From the NCBI GenBank assembly GCA_946965045.2, contig OX337235.1:868001-932000 (forward strand): 64,000 nt of DNA. Reading direction: 5' to 3'. Positions 57,919-64,000 of the stretch are shown one piece after another. Below the pieces are notes generated by a model that did not search any database, was not told the DNA's origin, and saw nothing but the letters and a program-made list of their open reading frames with translations. Each line of letters starts with the position of its first letter. Position 1 is the stretch's first letter. This stretch comes from Epithemia pelagica. Its lineage: Eukaryota > Protista > Bacillariophyta. A program made the position numbers and the translations under genes.

Positions 57919-59460
57919 TTGCACGGAACTTGCGGTCGTTTTCCCTCCAAACGTCACAGCTTGTGGTGTCCTGACGTCGACTCGAATCTTTTTTGGAAAA
58001 AAGATTTGTGCGGTCGGCATTCCATGAATCCGCGACGGAAAGGTGTGACGTACAGAAGGAGCGATCCAGTCGTTTCTCAATCGCGTTCCGCAGAACCAAT
58101 CATTTTCTTCAGTCCCATTGGGGGGAAGATCTACTTCCGAGATGGATTGGATACTTCCGAATCCGAATCGACCAAGGAGGTTCCGGTTCCGGCTTTGTCG
58201 TGCTCACAAAAATTGCAAAGCATTACACGAACGACTATGCCAGTACGAACCAACGCCCATTCTTCCTTCCACCATCACCAAACCCTTCATGATAGTTCCC
58301 TGACCATGACAACGGACCCTACGGGTCCCATCAAGAAGCCCCCCACAAGCAATGCACCATCCAACACGACAACAAAGAACGATGATGCTGCCCTCCCCCT
58401 ACCGCTGCAGTCGGACCAACTACAACGACTGGTACAGGACCATGGGTATACACCTAGTTTGGCCGAATCGCTCAATCCTACCAAGGAAACCTTTGCCCTC
58501 CGGTATTGGATTGTGGACAATTCGGGCAGTATGAAACAACCGGATGGACACCGCATCATTCAACAAAAGAAGGGAACCAGCAACGGCCAACAAGTAGTCA
58601 CTTTGGAGAATTGCACGCGCTGGCAAGAGATTTGCGATTGTGTGCAACACCACATTCAACTCGCGTCTCTCGTACAAGCTCCGACACGGTTCCGCCTATT
58701 AAACAATCAAGTCCATCCGTTGACACTGTCGATTGGAGAAGACTCATCCGAGTCCACCCCAAGCGCACAAGTCAAACAGGGCTCGCAATGGATTCGGGCC
58801 GCTCATCCAGAGGGACTCACACCCTTGACCAAGCACATTCGACAATTGCATCAAGAAATCTCCGCCATGGAACCATTGCTCCGACAACGGGGACAACGGG
58901 TTTCCATTACCATTGCCACGGACGGTCTTCCCACAAGTGCACTTCAAGCCAACGCTCGCACGGAATTTGTCGAGAGTCTCCGCATGCTGGAGGGTCTTCC
59001 CGTCTGGGTTGTCATTAGATTGTGCACCGACGAAGATGCCGTTGTGGATTTTTACAACAATTTGGATGAAATTTTGGAGTTGTCCTTGGACGTACTGGAT
59101 GACTTTGTAGGAGAAGCGAAAGAAGTCCATCAAGTCAACCCGTGGCTCAACTATACCTTGGCACTCCATCGTATGCGAGAAATGGGCTACCATGACCGCT
59201 TGTTTGATTTGATTGATGAGCGACGATTGACTTCCAATGAAATTCGAGACTTTTGTCTCCTCTTGTTCGGACCCAATGCCTTGGATGGTGCCCCCGATCC
59301 ATCGGCCGACTGGAAAGGTTTTCGTCAAGTGTTGGAGCGGGCCGTCGAGGCTACACCACAGCAATGGAATCCCATTCAAAAGAAGCACATGCCCTTGATC
59401 AATGTGAAAAAACTGAACCGCATGTACGGAGGTCGATCCATGGTGTTTTGGAATAGATAA
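57919..59460 (+). CDS. von Willebrand factor A domain protein
   Basis: MIDAS-like IVDNSGSM, GLTPL, IATDGLP. The true start is probably later (ATG 58238 or 58305). Confidence 0.8.
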   Translation: MHGTCGRFPSKRHSLWCPDVDSNLFWKKDLCGRHSMNPRRKGVTYRRSDPVVSQSRSAEPIIFFSPIGGKIYFRDGLDTSESESTKEVPVPALSCSQKLQSITRTTMPVRTNAHSSFHHHQTLHDSSLTMTTDPTGPIKKPPTSNAPSNTTTKNDDAALPLPLQSDQLQRLVQDHGYTPSLAESLNPTKETFALRYWIVDNSGSMKQPDGHRIIQQKKGTSNGQQVVTLENCTRWQEICDCVQHHIQLASLVQAPTRFRLLNNQVHPLTLSIGEDSSESTPSAQVKQGSQWIRAAHPEGLTPLTKHIRQLHQEISAMEPLLRQRGQRVSITIATDGLPTSALQANARTEFVESLRMLEGLPVWVVIRLCTDEDAVVDFYNNLDEILELSLDVLDDFVGEAKEVHQVNPWLNYTLALHRMREMGYHDRLFDLIDERRLTSNEIRDFCLLLFGPNALDGAPDPSADWKGFRQVLERAVEATPQQWNPIQKKHMPLINVKKLNRMYGGRSMVFWNR

Positions 59461-60360
59461 CGGCCAACCACCCGTATCCAAAGCCCTCTTCACTGGAACA
59501 ATTTTTTTTTGCACTATCTTCCGTGCATGGGTCTAAAAGTGCAGGAGGTATCTTTCCCTCATTGTTTATAGGAGCGCAGTAATCGTTATCCATTTGGTAA
59601 CGTTATCACGAGTTTTGCCTTAATGTAAACTTGTAGGTCCGCCTCTAGTTCATGAAATTTTTGCAGTCTAAGCTAGCTCTGAGTAACTATCCAGTAGTCT
59701 TCCTTGCTACTCCTATGCACTGAACAGTTCTTGGAGGGTTGAGAGATGGAAGTCGCGTAGAGTTAAGGTTAAAAGGGTGATATGGAACAGCACGTGGTAA
59801 ATACAAATAATAGGGGAGTATTACTATCGATACAAGTATCCGATATCCCATACTCGAATTCATATTGATCCAAATTCGTCGAGTACCGCTAACACCTACG
59901 GTAACAACTACCTCTAGTTATGCTGTTCAATGTCCCAGTTCCCAGTCCCACTTTCCACGAGCTAGAGGTCACGGTTCACGGTCGATATCCGATGATAATT
60001 GGGGCGCTGGAGGATGGACATTGGAGATGGAGGAAATGGAGGGAAATGAATGACTCTAGGGTACCAATTGTTATGGGTTTTGGGAAATAGGGTTGTCAAG
60101 AGATTTGGGTCTTAGGTCTTGGGTCAGTGACATTAGACACTACGACCTACGAGTATGACTACCAAGGTAGAGGCAAGTACGAAGCAGAGTTCACCGTTCC
60201 TTCACCTCCACGGGATCCTTCATGGCCAGCAACCAGCAACCCATGCTGGTCTTTAGGTCAAACTGGTACTTAATGTAAACAGATATCTAGGTGTTGGTAA
60301 AGACACGTGTTAGATATAGGTGAGGTAGTCAATATAGCTCGGGTAGCCAACCTACTGCAG

Positions 60361-60999
60361 TGAAACGACGATGGGGCCCTCACCTTCGAATCAGCAACTA
60401 GGTCGACTCTCTTTCACAAACAGTTTGGTTACAAACTTTTGGTTTATAAAAAGAGTGAGCTTATTCTAAGATGAAAAGTGATTTTGGAGCAGGTTTGATC
60501 TCCTCGATCCTCTAGGTATGGAACTTGTTCTATTTGTTCCATAGAGCAGTTCTTTTTGTTCTATGCACTAGTGGGAGATCTCACCTCTCCTATTGTATCT
60601 TGTTTTGGATCTTTACTCGATGGACTTACCTTTGACACTCTTCAGGTGGCCGGATGGCCTGCCTGAGATCCATTTGTTTTCTCAATATTGAGAGGAAGAT
60701 TCGGTATCCGGTGGCTCGCCCGACATGCAAATATATACGGCTGTATAGTGGGCTCGCGGTTTGGCAAGTTTTTATGTAAATAATATAGTAGGGGGTAAGT
60801 CACGTAAAGTTCCTTAGTTTTGGCGAGCAGCACGATCAGTGCTCTAAAGCAGCTGCTCGATGCGTTGAGGTTCAATTGACGTGCGTTGAGGTGCAACGCC
60901 TGCTTCTGATCGGCATGTGGCACGTCTGACCGCGTGTCACGCATATAGCTAGAGGAAATAGTCTAATGTCTAGAGAGTCGAGAGCGGTATTCTATAACT
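60361..60999 (-). repeat. Probable 3' LTR of the Copia element, with PPT at 60998-61008
   Basis: GAGAGGGAGAG (minus strand) about 45 nt after the pol stop. Possible LTR end ..CGTTTCA at 60361 (alternative ..TGTCA near 60633). The partner LTR is outside the window. Confidence 0.45.
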
Positions 61000-61051
61000 C
61001 TCCCTCTCATGGAGTGATTGGTGGAGAATCACGACGTGGTATGATGTCAGC

Positions 61052-64000
61052 TTACCAACCTTGATTCAATTTGCGGCAGCGCTCAAAGAGCTCTCGATTT
61101 TGGCACTTGGTGAGAAAGTCTGCCTTTTGATCATTGGTGCCTACCATACTGACCTTTACTCCTCCGGGATGATCACCGACATGTTCCCAGAAGAAATGTA
61201 GGTAAGTATTAAAATGTTTTGTCCGGGGTGTAAGGCGTTGCTTGGTGGCTAGGTGGAAAGCTCCGCTGTTGTCTTCAAAGACTTCAGAGAATATAGTTGG
61301 CTTTTCAAATGGGAGTTCTAGGTTCTCTAGAAGCTCTTCAATGACTCGTCTTGTTGCAATAACACTACGCATTGCTTGAGACAAAGCATGATATTCCGCT
61401 TGAAGTGTGCTTAGAGCTACTGAAGATTGAAGTTGCGATCTCCAAATTAGAGGACATCCACAGAAGGTTAGGATGTATCCCGTTCGTGACTTGGCACTAA
61501 CCGGGTTATCCTGTGGTTCACGACCATGGAGTCCCGCAAAATCAGCGTCTACATAACAATCTAGCTTGAAATCTTTAGTTGGAGTAAAGATTGTATCTTT
61601 GTCCTTGGTTCTAGATAGATAGATAACGAACAATGGTCTTGATGGCTGTTGCATGTGACTTTTTAGGTGCTGAACTGAATCTAGCGACTTGACTAACTGC
61701 GAAGGCTATATCAGGTCTGGTATTCGTGGATAAATAGAGTAGCATTCCGACTATGGAGCTATAATGCCAGCTTTCTTTCATGGGTTCACCATCGGGATCA
61801 CTGCCGAGACCTAGCTGAGTCGCTGGGGTCCAATTCGGATTGCAGTCGTGTAGTCCCGTGGCATTTATTATCTTGGCAATTAACCCCTTCTGGGTCATGG
61901 TAATAGACTTATTCTCATTTCGAATAAAGTTAATGCCCAAATAGTCGGTGAAATTGCCTTCTTTCTTAAGTGATAGGCCTTTCTTCTGTAGTCGTTCGAT
62001 TAAATCATCAATAAGTTTCATATCAGGGGCACAAACGCCACAGTCGTCAACCCATAGAAAAATGATGATGTTGGACTTGTAAAGAAGACATTCGTCATGC
62101 TTACTTGATCTTCCTTAAGCGCTTGTACTAGATGGATATACCACAATCTAGGTGCAGAAGACAGGCCATATAGACTTTTGATGAGTCTTAGGCAGGTCGT
62201 TCCGGGCTTACTAGATCGAAATCCTCTAGGTAGATGAATCCATACAGGTTCATCTAAGGTAGCCTGTACAAATGCGTTGTTGAAATCGATACACGCAAGT
62301 TCCGAACCCAAGATTAAACTAAGGGTGAGCACAATACGGATAGTACTCCAGTGAACCACTGGACTATAGTTCTCTTGTTCCATTTCTTGTAGGTCTCCTC
62401 TAACACAATATCGAGCCTTATGCTTGATAATATCTCCGTCTGGAGATCGCTTGCGTTTGAATACCCATGTCCCAGGTAAAATTCGTGTATTAGCCTGGGA
62501 TTGAGGGACTTCTTCCCAAGTTCCTTTCTCCTCTAGTTTGGTTATTTCCTTGCTAGCTGCCGCTTTCCATTTCTCTATGTCTTTATCTTGCATAGCCTCA
62601 TCGTAAGAGAGGGTGTCGGGATCAGAGAGAGAAGCTTTGTGAACTGTTAAAAAGGTCACTAGGCTCATGAGATGGTGGCATTAGAGAAGGGAGGTTTGCT
62701 AGATTGCCTTCTTCAACTAGGCGGGTAGGTCGTTTAATAGTCCTAGCAGATCTCCTAGTTGGAAGGATCGTCGGTTGGACTGTACGTGGAGGCGGTCGCG
62801 GTGGTAATCTAGCTGGAGAAGGAGAAGGGTTGTGAAGAGGGGACTCCCTCTGAGACGGCGACTCCCTCGGAGAAATGGTTACCTTGTGGGGTGACAGATG
62901 GGGAGAAGGCGAACGAGGGGTACTCGGAGCTGTGGATTCAACTCCTGATGATACGGACACCTGTCTTTGAGGTGTCTGGTTAGTTATCTCCCTCTGAGGA
63001 GGTGATTCCAACGATGTGGTCAATGGAGTTGGAGTGGGATCCTCACTGGGAGTTGGTAAAGAAGCGGAGAGTGGCACTGGGAGTGGACGTGTGTTAGGTG
63101 TAGATGATGACGTCAACGGGAGATATGGTTGGCGGGTAGCAATTCGTTGTGCAACATCTGATTGACGTCGAAGATACGTATTTTGGGTAGCTTCATCAAT
63201 ACTGGTAAGGGAGTCTAGATCGTCCGTTTCGGATGAATCATCAGTGATATATTGATATGCAGAATCTCCAAACAGGCGATACCAAGGTTCGGATGCAAAG
63301 TCCGGAAGCTGGTCGACAGACATGGCAATAGTGCTGAACCAATCGTCGAACACTACATGGAACTGGGGCGTAATATAGCCAGTTTGAGGATTTAAGACTA
63401 ATGGAACAGTACTGGCATGTCGCGTACTTAACCCCATAAGTTGGCAGCGAATAGATTTTGGCTTCCAGCGGGGTAGCTTTTTCCCGTCTGCAATGGTTTT
63501 GTGCAGAACATAGACCGGACAGCCCCACACGTGGAGATCATGAAATTTTCGTTGTTCCCATCGGACACGTGTGAAAACATCATGGGGGCTTATACCAGTC
63601 TCAGTATTGGGTACATGGTTGTGTAGGAAAACGGCATGTGAAACGGCCATGGGCCAGAGCGCCGGATCGGCCAATTCTGGCCACTGTATGGCAGAGCGTA
63701 ACATCATGGTGCGTGCAATCGACATAATTGTTTGTATTGCCCTTTCAGCTATTCCGGCATGATGATGTGCCCCGACTCCTGCGAACCGCGAAATTTGAGC
63801 AAAGTTCTCAAGCGATTGGGAGTAGGATTTTGAGGTGAAAGCAGCTCCATTGTCCGTTAGGTATTTGAGAGGAACTACACCCACTTCTCTACAAAATAGC
63901 TCAAAAGATCCTTTAACACTAAGCGTTTCGTGAGTGTTAAGGTGTGATTGAAATCCTATCCATGTATACCCCGAGGCGTGATCGACAAAGATCGCGCCGC
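61052..64000 (-). mobile_element. Ty1/copia LTR retrotransposon pol (integrase-RT-RNase H), three frameshifts, cut by the window edge
   Basis: Integrase FVDHAS / LTDNG / GIAERAIQT; RT KHKARYCVRGD, LIKSLYGL, WVDD (shifted frame), STNTRPDIAFAV; RNase H YVDADFAG, FEDNSGA, QKADFLTK. The INT-RT-RH order is diagnostic of copia. Confidence 0.95.

Noticed and set aside
1-64000. tRNA, rRNA or snRNA genes
   Set aside because: None recognised by eye; a tRNAscan-SE/Infernal run would be needed to exclude them.

Overview
Eukaryotic nuclear DNA, most likely from a pennate diatom (inferred from short GT-AG introns, signal-peptide+AF/AW leaders, poly-D/T/Q/N tracts and a Copia element). About 1-33 kb is accessory-like: an SDR, an inverted paralog pair of large 8-TM 'double-tetraspanin-like' genes, a phosphatidylserine-decarboxylase-family gene, a 5'-truncated RT+RNase H non-LTR retrotransposon, a secreted two-repeat protein, a repeat-rich relic tract, a frameshifted tandem ABCG-like transporter and two divergent 2OG-Fe(II) dioxygenases. 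About 33-59.5 kb is mostly conserved genes: AP-3 beta, V-ATPase c, MoaD/MOCS2A, bL34m, DNMT2, Pol I RPA2, a DnaJ protein, an SSS transporter and a vWA protein. Within it, a Crinkler/RHS-type NTPase-nuclease gene sits between two direct copies of the DNMT2 3' end, which is the most striking observation. The window ends in a frameshifted Ty1/copia element. Exon models were read by eye. Family calls rest on motifs; no database search was run.
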